Positions 42,591 to 55,267 of a stretch of 64,000 nucleotides of DNA are shown here, piece after piece. This DNA comes from Octopus sinensis (lineage: Eukaryota): the NCBI RefSeq assembly GCF_006345805.1, contig NC_043000.1, positions 72,230,001 through 72,294,000 of the forward strand, given 5' to 3'. A program made the position numbers and the translations under genes. The notes under the pieces were generated by a model. The model had not been told where the DNA came from, did not search any database, and saw only the letters and a list, made by a program, of their open reading frames with translations. How positions within the stretch are numbered: the stretch's first letter is position 1; every line of letters starts with the position of its first letter.

Positions 42591-43184
42591 TATGTCGAAA
42601 TATTATGGCTGATGTCTATTTTCTAATGGATTCTTCTTCGAGCATTCGAAAAACTGATTTCAGAAAGCAACTGCATATTTTAAGAAAAGTTATATCCAAA
42701 TTTCAGCTAGGATCTAACAAAACACGTGTTGCCGTATCATTTTTTACTCACCAATTCCTTCCTGTATGGAAACTGAACGACTTACAAGATAAATCAGCGA
42801 TTCTAAGACGTATTAAATCCCTAAAGTACCTGGAAGGCGCCACAAAAACTGGTTATGCTCTTTACAAAGTAAGAACACAAGGCTTTATATGGCAAAATCA
42901 GCAAAATGCTGATCAAATTTTAATTGTATTTACCGACGGTCAGTCGAGTGATTACAAACGGACGAGATACGAGGCAAAATTATTGAAGCGAAGAGGAGTT
43001 AAGATATTCGTCGTTGGAATTGGTCCCTACGTTGATAAGGAAGAGCTGAATAGCATCGCAAGTACACCGTCCATAGAATATGTGCATACTTTTGATAGTT
43101 TTAACTCTTTATCAATGACCAGCGGAATTCTGAATGTAAAAGCATGTTCAGCAGTGAAACAGATGTTTTTTAATGACCAAAATG
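42591..43184 (+). CDS. VWA-domain protein exon, one complete VWA domain (phase 1-1)
   Basis: cttacag acceptor and gtaagt donor. CRNIMADVYFLMDSSSSI...TRVAVSFF...GATKTGYAL...LIVFTDGQS...IFVVGIG...LNVKAC. Matrilin/collagen VI-like architecture. Confidence 0.92.
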
Positions 43185-44804
43185 GTAAGTTTTTGCTTAA
43201 ATGCATTTAATGAAATTTTTGTTTTGCAATATAATGAATATAATGTATGTATCATGTATGATAGGAATGAAATTTGTACTTTTATTGTGACGGGTCATAT
43301 TTATATCTTGTAATTTCTTTTGAAACTCTGCAAAACAAATTCATTGAAATTTATCAGTGAATATATATGTACTGAATGAACGAGAACTGTTTTGTGCATT
43401 CAGTATGAATTGTTTAGGAGTTAGAATTTACGGAGTATTCTAGATTGCCGAATTTTAAACCGGCGTAATTAGATTCAAATCATATCCTTGTTTCTTTTCT
43501 TAATTGGTAGAAAAAGACTGATATAACATGTTTGTTGACTGCTAGTCACTAGCTGTTAATGATTATTACCTAACTAAATGCTTAATGATACACCACCAGG
43601 TCTGAGAATCAAACTCACGGCCATATAATCGTGAATCCAACACCTTAACCACCTGACCCCGTACCTTCATATATATCCTCTAGGTCGGGTTAGGCCAGGT
43701 ATGGGAATATGTGCAATTGCAGAGCTTTGCTGCATTCACTATTTGTCGGTATATTCCTGGGTCCTCTCAGGCGACCCGTTGAGTAGAGTCCCAGGCAATC
43801 CCTATCTCCACAAGATACCTCCTTATCTGTCGCGACCATGTGTCAAGTGGTCGACCAACGCGAGACGCCAACCCAACCTGATCCTCAATAGTTCCTCCAA
43901 TACCCTCAAACAATAAACCACGAAGTCTTCCATTTCTCACCTTTTTATATGCAGAAACATATCTCGAATTTTTAAAACACACTACATTATGCTCCATTTC
44001 GAAGAAAGGTAATCTGAAGTGTCTAGGTTGCATTTAAGCGATGCTTGTCCTGGTGGCCATACCAAAGGTATATAAGCACCACAATATGTAAACACCATTA
44101 GGTATAAACTCAATAGGACATATATCATTGTTCTATTGGATGGGTAGTAAAGATCATGCACTGTGGTCAAGATAAATTCGTCAAATTTAGAAAACAGAAC
44201 ATTTATGGAGAACTAATAAAAAACAGCTCTTATTCACTATATTGATTTTTATTTGTACGTATTATCATAGGTGCATTGAGCTATGTAACAATACATTTGC
44301 ATAAACGAACAAAGCCAACTGATTTCCAATCTCCAAATACATTCGGTTAGAGTAGTGAAAACATTTCAGGTAGCGCTAGAACTTAACTTCTCAGAGGGAA
44401 ACGGTAAAGATTTGTAGAGATCACCTAAATATGGAAAGTCTTTGAAGAGCATTTACCAAACTTCGGTATCCATAGCTATACTATATTTCAAACTGTCATC
44501 ATTGAATAGATCCAAAGGACTCCATCAAATGTTAGGACAAAACTTTTCAATATATTATCTATGAAACTAATAAATCTACATGGAGTGGATTTAAATGAAT
44601 TTAAGAAGCACCTGGATACTCTATTACCTACGATTCCAAACGAACCAGTGCCAGACAAGAAATGTGCAACTAAGCGGCATCAGACTCCTTTATTTACCAA
44701 AAGCTACAGTCCTTCCTGAAAGTTAAAAGTACTGTAGAAATAGTACAAGATCCACTCTAGCTTAGCTGTAGTCATCAAGCTGAATTGAAACTAATAAAAT
44801 AATA

Positions 44805-44892
<88 letters not shown>

Positions 44893-44967
44893 TAGTTGAA
44901 ACATTCTACTAAAAATTATTCAAGGCGGTGCCACAGCATGGCCGCAGCTAAATGACTGAAACAAGTA

Positions 44968-45010
<43 letters not shown>

Positions 45011-45768
45011 GCACACATTTAAAACTGTGTTTCTTTTGGACATGTACAGACATGCAACTTTGCTCTTTGATCAGAATTTAGATTCGGAATGCATACCAAT
45101 TTTAAGAAGAAAAGAAATTAAGCTTAGATAATTTCTTTTCTTCTTTATTTTGTATTTTGCCTAGTTTGGAGAAATAGAATGCCAGTCAAACTGCGAAATG
45201 AGTCTGCATAGAGTCAACTACTAATCAAACAACAATTCACGGTGACAAAAATACTCGTGCTGGCGATTTGCCGAACTGTAAGGCTGCTTGTCCTAGCACC
45301 GCAGTACATCATATCTATCAACTTGTATTATCCAGCATCGAACTATTTCCTGAGGAACAGAACAAGATAACCAGTTTTATCCATTCTGGTCTCTCACAGT
45401 TCTTTGATAGGTGCTTGGTACCATATGCAGACTTGACTGGTTGGAAGAATATAGCCACACATTAGGCAGCAGAGGATTATCTTAATAGCATTTTCTTTGA
45501 CCTCGGTAGTTAGAAGAATTAGGTGGAATCCTCTGTGCCCGAGCAGTCTGATACTGAAGATATTCTTAAGATATGAATAAAATATTTCTCAGACATTTTT
45601 CACAATCTACCAGCAACAGATGAGAATGTTATAGAAGACTTGCCGCAACTCTATGCAATTGAAAAAACGTGGATAATAATCTGTATACAGAGGAAGTAAA
45701 AAATGAGAATAAACAGAACAACTAAAGAAGACCAATCGGGAGGTGATGTTATACGAATGCACAAAGAT

Positions 45769-45891
45769 GGAAGCCCTTAACAATTATCAAGCCTATCACA
45801 TAGCGCATCGATGTTCGTCTCCATTTTGGATTAAAATGGAGACGATCACCGATGTTCCATGAGATAGGCTTGATAATTGTTAAAGGCTTCC
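45769..45891. repeat. About 120-bp isolated hairpin
   Basis: GGAAGCCCTTAACAATTATCAAGCCTATC...CGTCTCCATTTT-ggatt-AAAATGGAGACG...GATAGGCTTGATAATTGTTAAAGGCTTCC. Confidence 0.85.
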
Positions 45892-45949
45892 TTAACATGA
45901 CACTAATGATAGCCTTAATCCACAAATAATCTTTATCCAACAATGTAGT

Positions 45950-47900
45950 GTTTTAGCTTTTTAGCTCTTATTTCTAGTAATGTAGGTATTCTAACACCCT
46001 AGACACATTTAGTGTCAATTATAGTTTTCCTTTTTGGTAAAACATTGCACACGGCTGTCTGTATTAAGTTTCAAGTCAAGCTTATGAAGAGATAAACCTG
46101 GATAATTTACTACTTGTAATTGGTCAACAACAGTGTCAATAGATCTATATGAAGGTACATTAACAGATCAAAGTTTATTGCATTCACTGTTATATTTTTC
46201 GGGGCTAGAATTGCTCTTTCACTCAACCATTTGCGATCCTTATGTTGTGCACTGAGATTTGGAAAAACTTTGTTTATAAGTTTTTTTTCTGATTTTACCA
46301 TTGGATTTATTGCACCGTCATTGTCTACAAGTACTCTTCCTTCTCTCAGTCTTGAGCAAACTGCTCAGATAATCTATCACCTTGGAGATATGCTCGCATA
46401 TTTGTTTCAAGCTTCAGTACTTTCACGCAGTACCAGATGCGTGAAGATTTAAAGCATGCACGAATTTCCTCAGATTTCGTTCCCTTTGGAATAATTGGAA
46501 GGGTTCGTCCAAAATCACCAGGTAGAACAACTGTCACACCTCACATTGGAGCATCACTATTTCGAATATCTCGCAATAACCTATCAACAGCTTCAACGGC
46601 TCTCCTCCTGGGGTATCTAGAAAGAATATTCCACCTTTCCGTGCCTAATGTTGTCAACAACTGCTTCGTATGCCTCTCTTTGATTTGGCAGTAGCTTTCA
46701 TAATTTGCAAAATTATCAATGTTGTGATTTGTTTCTCTGGGCACTTCAGATGTTAGTCTGTTTTCATTGCCATGAGTAACTTTAGGAAGCCCGTAATTCT
46801 GGAGCACTTCTCCAATAGCCAGGAATTTGCCTTCTATGTTAATCAATACACTATTGTACTCAAAGCAATGTCAGGTAATCTCTGTGCACTTGATGCATAT
46901 CATTTTCAGACAGTTCATCTTTATACTTTACCCATAAGCTGTTTGAATAACCAATTTCATAGTTTCTTTTTAATATAATAGCAAACAAGGAGCTAAGACT
47001 ACTTGCAATATGAGATACGAAACCCTCAGAAAGTTCCATGTCCCATTGAGAGTCATCTTCCAGTAATCCAAGCTGAGGGTCAGCTTCACGATAGGTTTGA
47101 CAGGTAGTATCATTAACAGTCCTTAAAGCATCGAAGGTTGTTGAACTCTTTCTTGTATGAAACAGCATCCTTAAGTAGACACATTCATGTTGATTAGGGT
47201 GAACTGTATAAACTCTTCCAAGAGCACCGTCAAATCTGATATCGGGATGATTTTCAACAAGAGCTCCTCTTTTTCGCCTCTTTCATTGCTTATCATCCAA
47301 TGTGTAGCAAAATGGTAGCTAGTATCAATAAATTGTCCTTGCAAATAGATCATCACGGCAAAGTTTGAAATAAGCTGTTTGAGTAGTTTCTTTAGGAACC
47401 AATGATTGTCGAGCGGCAACTGTTGACTCGGTGGATAATGTTCATGTATTGGAAATCCAAATATTCTCCAAAATGCTTCATTGCTGATGATGTATCTGCC
47501 TTGTTGATATATACTCACTTCATCTTACAGATCTGTCTTTGTAGATTTTGAGCTGCTCTATTTCTCTCCATTTGTTGTCTTGATGATTTTCGTACAGCTG
47601 ATTCCTGTTGACGAATAGTTGCTGTTATTATCCTATCATCAGCATGTCTTTTTGCTCTTAGTTTTTTCTGATTCATTTTTGTCCTTTTTCTTTCTTTTTA
47701 GAGTATTTCTTGTTGCTACTTTTCACTTTCATTCTCACTTTGTAGCTGCATTGTCCTAGCTTCATGAGACTTTCTTCCAAATGAAGGCCTTTTCTTCGGT
47801 GGCATTTTCTGCTTGAAGCTTCAAATGTCACGATTTACAAATCTAAACTGCTTTTATACAAACCTTCAACTCATAAAATAAAAATATGATTGCTTCACGG
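45950..47900 (-). mobile_element. Degraded Helitron RepHel
   Basis: GRYIISNEAFWRIFGFPIHE, LRTVND...LGLLEDDSQW, GDFGRTLPIIPKG and ERAILAPKN in broken frames. Confidence 0.85.
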
Positions 47901-48069
47901 CATAGCAATGTAGCACTTCTGTATCAAACTTCACAAAACAAAAGTAATATTACTTCGATGCACTCAAAAACCAGTTAACTAATAATGTTCAAACTTACCA
48001 GGAAAGGTCCTTAGACTGCCGTACCAACTGCTGTATCAACTGCCCGACACCAACTGACTTCTATGTGTT

Positions 48070-49200
48070 CACTCAATACTAACATGTGAAGTAGCGAGTT
48101 CCGCCCTTCGTTGCCGCCCTCCTTTGTGCTTACTGCTGCGATGTGGATTCATCCGGTATTGCAGATAAAAATCTGTGTAGACGTTTTTTAAAGACTTCCA
48201 TGTCTATACCTTGCAGATCCCTGATGTTCTGTGTTAGGGCATTAAAAAGTTGTGGTCCCTTGAATCCCGAGCTGTTACAATATTAGGTTCGTATCCTTGC
48301 TGGAGAAGATGGGACCTTTGGTACTGAGTAGTGCCGACCACTTCGAGGATTGTTGTAGATTTCTACTCTGAAATTTGGAGCTAGATCCTTCATTATTTTC
48401 CATATGTATAGCACTGCATATCTCTCATGTCTCCTCCCAAGGGAGTAGAGTCCCAGTTCGTTCAACCTCTCCCAGTAGCCCATGTGTTTTACTAAGTCTA
48501 TTTTCTTTGTGTAGTGGTGTTGAATCGCCTCTAGTTTCGCGATTTACTTTATACTCTCTGGGGACCACAGCTAGGAGTCCAGACGACTGAGGAAAAGGTT
48601 CTCCAAAGCATTGTGTCTCTGTTCCTGGTCCTGAAGAATCTACGGGTCCAACCAGCCACACGCCTGCATAGTGTTGCCATCTGAGCAATGTGCACATGGA
48701 TAGTTGTGTCGTTGCTCATGTGGATTCCCAGATCACGCACGGACTCTAACTCTGGGGTTATATTGCCTGCTGCCCCCGTGTTCTTCAGCTGTAGTTTGTT
48801 TGTGGGCTGATAGCGGAGTGCTTGAAATTTTGCGCTATAGAACTGCATATTATTCTCATCAGCCCATTTATATATTGCGTTCAGGTCACTCTGCAGTCTT
48901 ACGATGTCAGTAGGATATTAGAGCGCCTGCGATACATTTGTATCATCGATGTAGCTAGTGAATGTGGTTAACACTATAGCTGAGGGAATGTCCGAGAGAG
49001 CAATCATAAACACTGGTGGTTTTACCACTATTCCCTGGGGGACTCCACTGAGGATTGGTGTCGCTTCAGAGAGAGCACCATTTGCTGTGTCAGTCTGACG
49101 TCTGCTCTTCAGGAAATCATGTAGCCACTCTCCCAGTCTACCAGCGATACCGAGGTCATGCAATTTGTGGCATATCATCCCATGGTCGACTCTGTCAAAT
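48070..49200 (-). mobile_element. CR1-type LINE RT 3' fragment
   Basis: LSGVPQGIVVKP...SYIDDT, VRDLGIHMS and YWERLNELGLYSLGRR. Confidence 0.8.
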
Positions 49201-49899
49201 AATATCTAGAAATATATATAATATATATTTAGATATCTGTATCTATAAAAGGCAGGATGTATGTGAGTGTGTGTGTACGTGAATGTAATTTATGCACATC
49301 CACAAATTAGCACGCACGTCGCTCCAATTTTAGGAGGACATTCGTCACCATCATACCTGGGTTTTGTCAACTTATTATTTTCCCGAGGCACCAGCGGATA
49401 GCGGTAAAAATCTATTTTCAACCATAACGTTTAGCAATTTTGAAGTTTACTAACATGAGTTAAGTCCCTTCTTGCCATAGCCAAAATGTGTGTATGAGGG
49501 AGGGAGAGAGAGAGAAGTTGTGTGTTGATGTATGCGTATGTGTGTGTGTGTGTGAAGAAGAGAGAGTGTTTCACAGCGTCTAACAAAAAAAGTAAAGAAA
49601 AAGTATGTGTAAGGGAGAGGGGGAGAGGGTTTGACAGCGTCTAACAAAAAGGATAAAGAAAAAGTGGGAGAGAGAGGGAGAGTAAGTGCATAAAAATATA
49701 AAAATGTAAAATGTTTTTTTTTAAACACGAGATATAGTCTTCAAATTTTGGATGTTTTTGAAAGACAATATTTTATAATCAGATTATATATACTTTCTTA
49801 CACAATTAAACTATATTTATTTTAAGTCGTTTATTTATTTTAGATCGTTCATTATTTTCCTACCATTCACACACACACATTAATTTGTACGCCATAGAG

Positions 49900-50532
49900 C
49901 AGGGGTGGGCAAACTACGGCCCGCGGGCCGCATGCGGCCCGCCATGGGTTTTCATGCGGCCCGCCAAGATCTTTTATGAATCCCAACTTCTATGCAGATA
50001 CTTCGTAACTGTTTCAGTTGTACGGTAATTCACAATAGTTTGCATTTTATTTCAGTTCACTGTTTCGTGCCTTCACAAAATTGTCCGCTGTTTGTTTGTT
50101 TCAGCTACTGTGAAGCGAAGAAAAATTTCGAGAAATATTCCCATGATATCATAATAAAATACATTTCCGGGTGAAGATATGGTTGTCCATAATATTAAGA
50201 TGTGGTTGTCCACAATTAGTGCAGATTTTACTAGGAAAATTCCGTTCCTGGCAATTTGTAAGCAATAACAGGCTGTCCAAAATAACCGAGGTTCCTGTAA
50301 TAATTTCAACTATAGGAGCAAATAACCGAAAAACATGAACCCGATACTCTAAAAAATAAATTAAATCACTTAAACCAGGAATATTTCACAAAATTTCCTT
50401 TCAATCAATTGTGTGTTTATAGGTCTATAACCGCCTTTAAAAATATTTTCACTTGATTTTTATAAATGAGGCCCGCCAAGGTTCCAAAAACGCACTGTGC
50501 GGCCCGCGATCAAAAAAGTTCGCCCACCCCTG
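49900..50532. mobile_element. hAT-family MITE with 8-bp TSD
   Basis: TIRs CAGGGGTGGGCAAACT and AGTTCGCCCACCCCTG, subterminal CGGCCCGC repeats, TSD CCATAGAG at 49892-49899 and 50533-50540. Confidence 0.93.
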
Positions 50533-51000
50533 CCATAGAGTTTTGTTTTGATTTTACACCGAAGAAAAAAGTGTTTTGTTGAGAATCCATTTACTTAACA
50601 ACGAAGAAATAAAGAGACAGGTAATAATTTGTCAGTGAATTACACAATATAAATGGGTACAATTTCCGAGGCTTCCACCACACTCAGCCTGTTTTTCGGA
50701 CCACAAAAAGGGTTTTGTAGCATATTAGGAGGCCAGAGTAGTTGATTCCATGCAAAAAAAAAAAAACGATTTTGTTTTCTTAGTGAAAATCGTGCGAGTG
50801 TTAATCTATAAACTTACCAACATTTTCCCCATTCATTTCTGTTTATGAACATGTATACGAGCAAAACAACATATATGCAATTGATGTACGTACGTGTATG
50901 TGTGTTGCCCATATATATTTATATTATATATATATTATATTTCTGTAACCTGGGCATGTATATATATATACATATATATATATATATCTATATATATATA

Positions 51001-51157
51001 TACGACGGGCTTCTTTCAGTTTCCGTCTACTAAATGCACTCACAAGACTTTGGTCGGCCCGAGGCTATAGTAGAAGACACCTGTAAAAGGTGCCACGCAG
51101 TGAGACTGAACCCGGAAACATGTGGTTGGGAAGCAAGCTTCTTACCACACAGCCACT
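51001..51157 (-). mobile_element. SINE family A, head half
   Basis: Homologous to 35475-35632. Confidence 0.8.
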
Positions 51158-51180
51158 GTAAGCGTCTAGTGTGAGGCGCT

Positions 51181-51292
51181 CATTTCAACTAGGTTTCCGA
51201 AACTGTCACCCATCTAAGTACTCACTAGGCTCGACGTTGCTTAACTTCGATGATAAGACAAGATCCGGTGCATTCAATGTGAAATGGCCGTG
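51181..51292 (-). pseudogene. Degenerate 5S rRNA-derived sequence
   Basis: Minus strand CGGCCATTTCACATTGAATGCACCGGATCTTGTC...CGAAGTTAAGCAACGTCGAGCC...AGTACTTAGATGGGTGAC follows the animal 5S layout with many substitutions. Confidence 0.75.
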
Positions 51293-51428
<136 letters not shown>

Positions 51429-51476
51429 ATTCTAAAGGGTCGAAACAAACCCGAGCAACGCCGGGCAATACTGCTA

Positions 51477-51520
<44 letters not shown>

Positions 51521-51850
51521 TAGTTTGTTTCGACCCTTTAGAATTGGAATTTTTGAAAAGTAAAAATTTTGCATTATGTAGATTTCAGTGAACATTTTTC
51601 TAGTTGAAATACACCGAAAAATGGCAACACAGCAGTCAAAAAATCGTAAAAAATAGGGATTTTCATAGAAAAAAAGCACATTTTTGATGTAAATAATTTT
51701 TGGCGTTAACATGGTCCGATTTGAATTTTTTCTTCTATGGAATGAAGAGCAAGCCTTCTTCTAGCATACTCTCAATTTTAGTCAACTAGTGCTGCAGGTT
51801 CTCGGATAGTGTTCGTTACCAAGCCTGCCACACACAGACAACTTCTGCTT
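51429..51850. mobile_element. Two tail-to-tail Helitron-type 3' ends
   Basis: + strand CCCGAGCAACGCCGGG...CTAG|T ending near 51478, and a minus-strand element ending in CTAG at about 51520. They share an inverted 23-bp segment. Confidence 0.6.
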
Positions 51851-51851
51851 C

Positions 51852-51910
<59 letters not shown>

Positions 51911-51920
51911 TTTTTTTTTA

Positions 51921-52120
51921 TCTTTTACTTGTTTCAGTCATTTGACTGCGGCCATGCTAGAGCACCGCCTTTAGTCGAGCAAATCGACCCCGGGACTTAT
52001 TCTTTGTAAGCCCAGTACTTATTCTATCGGTCTCTTTTACCGAACCGCTAAGTGACGGGGACGTAAACACACCAGCATCGGTTGTCAAGCAATGCTAGGG
52101 GGACAAACACAGACACACAA

Positions 52121-52153
<33 letters not shown>

Positions 52154-52314
52154 CGACAGGCTTCTTTCAGTTTCCGTCTACCAAATCCACTCACAAGGCA
52201 CTGGTCGGCCCGGGGCTATAGCAGAAGACACTTGCCCAAGATGCCACGCAGTGGGACTAAATCCGGAACCATGTGGCTGGTTAGCAAGCTACTTACCACA
52301 CAGCCACTCCTGCG

Positions 52315-52316
<2 letters not shown>
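51921..52316 (-). mobile_element. tRNA-derived SINE family A, full length
   Basis: Near-identical to 35243-35640. Confidence 0.9.
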
Positions 52317-52376
<60 letters not shown>

Positions 52377-53685
52377 ATTTTTCTAATTCATATATATATA
52401 TTTCATGCAATTTACGCATGCTTGCACGCGTGGTGAACACAGTTCACGTCAAACAGCTGACTGAGTAAAGTTCATTATTCAATGCATGGGACAAGGCCTA
52501 AACAAACACATTATCGATTTTTGCACTTGCGTGATGAATTTCGGAACAGAAATAGCGCAGTTCAATTTTCATTCATCTAAACTTTAAGTGACCCATTTTT
52601 GGAGGTTCTACGATTTGTTGGCTAGGAGGAGATGTGCCGGGAAGTTAAACACACAGACACACACACACAGATACACACACAGATACACAAGTTGAGTTTC
52701 ATATATATAGATATATAACAACTTTTCTCTTTTATCTAAAGGTATTGATATAAAAAATGTTTAAAGCAACTAACAAAAAGATGTTGTTTATTTACTTAGC
52801 TTATCGGAGGAAGAATTCCGTAATAAATATGAAGAGAAACTTAGAACTACAATAACTACAACCTATATAGCCCCATAAATATAGAGTTAGGCTATAATAA
52901 TGGATATCTATTACTAGTTTTTCAGAGATAACCAAATATGAAGTTACTAAAATAAGGATTATTCGCAGTAACTAACACGTAGATGTCCCTATATACGTAT
53001 ATTATGGAAGGAAGATCTCAGTAAATAAAATAGGATAAGCAAAAACAAGAGTTGAGTATCTACCCACCATAAGATGTAGTCAATATTATTTTTTTTAGAT
53101 AAAGGACTATAAATAGTATATATACAAACCTAGACTTAACTTTGACATCTCATTAAACCTTAAATCCGGATTATACTATCCCTACAGGAAACTAAATGAA
53201 ATCACTAAATATGTTAGCAAATTCTCCAATCACCCCACCTCCTCCGTTAGCAATTCTTTAGCTAAAAGTATTCCATGTAGAATTACGCAACTCTCGATGA
53301 ATGAAGATATTTTCAATTCATACTCTCATTTTTACAATTCAGCTCTTTCTAACGCAAGATATAAACCGTAAGTTGTATATGAAATCTCTGCTGCCACTGG
53401 CTCATATATTAGCAATGACATGTGTAGTGGGGTGCAGATGGTGATAGTAATGTAGTGGCACGTGGCCGTCTAAGTAAGAGAAATCTAGATGACGTTATCA
53501 CTCCGACTTCTATAAATTCTGGCAGAAATATAGGCCTAAATAAATCACCCATAATTAACAATGAATCACTTAGAAAAAGCATGGTTATTGATGATATTAA
53601 CCATTCAAATGGGGATACTGGTATAAAAAAATTCGGTAAAAATAAAGGCAGTAAAAGTAAAAATCTAAATAAAAATGATAAAAAT

Positions 53686-53721
<36 letters not shown>

Positions 53722-53734
53722 AATAATACATTAC

Positions 53735-55267
53735 TTACATTATTTATATTTGACGGATATTCGTCCTCATCTTGTTTGTTGTTAACACATTTTCGGCTGA
53801 CATACGAGGGGCGTTCAATAAGTAATGCCCCTGATCCACTTCCCATAGAAGTAGAGCAACGAAACTTGGCACAGTTATTAGTCTTTTTCTACATAGAAAC
53901 CAACCAGAGTTACGCATTTCTACCATCGTTTGATGCAGCTCTGGAGACCGTTTTTGTAGAAGACCCCAGCTTGGTCCTCCAACCACGACGTGACGTCAGA
54001 AATCAAGGCTGCATCATCTGGGAAACGCTTTCCTTTCAAAAACAACTTCATGGCTGGGAAGAGGTGAAAATCCGAGGGTGCAAGGTCAAGAGAGTAGGGG
54101 CATGGGGGAGGAGTTCATAGCCGCACGCCTGTGCTTCTGATCTGGCGACCATCGAGTTGTGGACCGGAGCGTTGTCCTGCAGGAGGAGGATGCCTTTGCT
54201 GATCTTGCCCCGCCTCTTGATTTTGATAGCTTCTCTTAATTTCCTCAAAAGTGAAGCATAATAGGCTCCTGTAATTGTGGTACCCTTTGCCAGGAAATCT
54301 GTCATCACTACTCCGTCCTGGTCCCAGAAGACTATGAGCATGACCTTGCTAGTGGGGGGCTGCACCCTTGCCTTCTTTGGAGGAGGTAAGTCACGGTGCT
54401 TCCACTGCATTGACTGGGCTTTTGTCTCTGGATCATAGTGATGGACCCAGGTTTCATCCTGTGTAATCAGTCTTTTGAAAAATGTTGACTCATCTTCTTG
54501 GCACATCTCCAAATTCATCCTCGAGCACTCGACGCATTCTTGCTTCCGGAAAGGTGTGAGCAGCCTGGGAATCCATCTGGCAGACACCTTTTGCATATGC
54601 AAATGGTCATGAATGATTGGTTTCCACAGACCTGGTACTAATCTTGACCTCGTGGGCTATTTGCCGAATAGTTATGTGTCGATCTTCCAAAATGGCAGCC
54701 TCAACTTGATGGACAGATGCCTCATCAATAGCACTAGGGGGCGACCAGATCTGGGAGCTGTTTCCACAGAGTTCCGACCATGTTTGAATTCACAATGCCA
54801 GCGTTTTACAAGGTCATATGATGGGGCATCCTCACCATAAGTTACTTTTATTTCATCAAAAGTCTCCCGTGGTGTGCATCCTTTCAAATATAAAAAGCGG
54901 ATCACTGCCCGACACTCAACAGGCTCCATTTCACACTTGACTCAGTTCAAACACCTGTAAATCAGAAACCACAATTAGTTCAGAGCTGTAATTTACTACT
55001 TAATCTATAGAGATATAGATAATTGCACATGCAAAATTTCAGCTAGATCAAACAATTGCAAGTGGGTCAGAGGCATTACTTATTGAACGCCCCTCGTACC
55101 CTCCAGCCTTCATCAGGTGTCTTGGGGAAATTTTGAACCTGGGTTCTTATTCCTAAGGTATTTTTTGATGTTGCTAATATTATTAAAGTCACTGCCTGGA
55201 ATAGAACTCGGAATCTTCGGGTTAGTAGCCCGCGCTCTTAACCACTACGCCATATGCTCGTGGGCAT
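53735..55267 (-). mobile_element. Solo tRNA-head/HHR unit, interrupted by mariner
   Basis: 53735-53804 plus 55097-55267 is colinear with 31175-31410. Confidence 0.8.
53805..55096 (-). mobile_element. Full-length mariner element with frameshifted transposase
   Basis: TA TSD, TIR CGAGGGGCGTTCAATAAGTAATGCC, and motifs WIPRLL, ITQDETWVHHYDPE and LLQDNAPVH. Confidence 0.95.

Noticed and set aside
43720-43880. GC-richer structured patch, possibly an HDV-like ribozyme or retroelement 5' end
   Set aside because: The nested double pseudoknot could not be assigned by eye.
45548-45590. CTGAAGA followed by a short hairpin
   Set aside because: Followed by GAATA rather than GAAA, with no stem I or III. 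Likely chance.
53455-54120. 221-aa Asn-rich ORF
   Set aside because: Chimeric reading across a PLE linker, an (AAC)n tract, the HHR unit and antisense mariner sequence.
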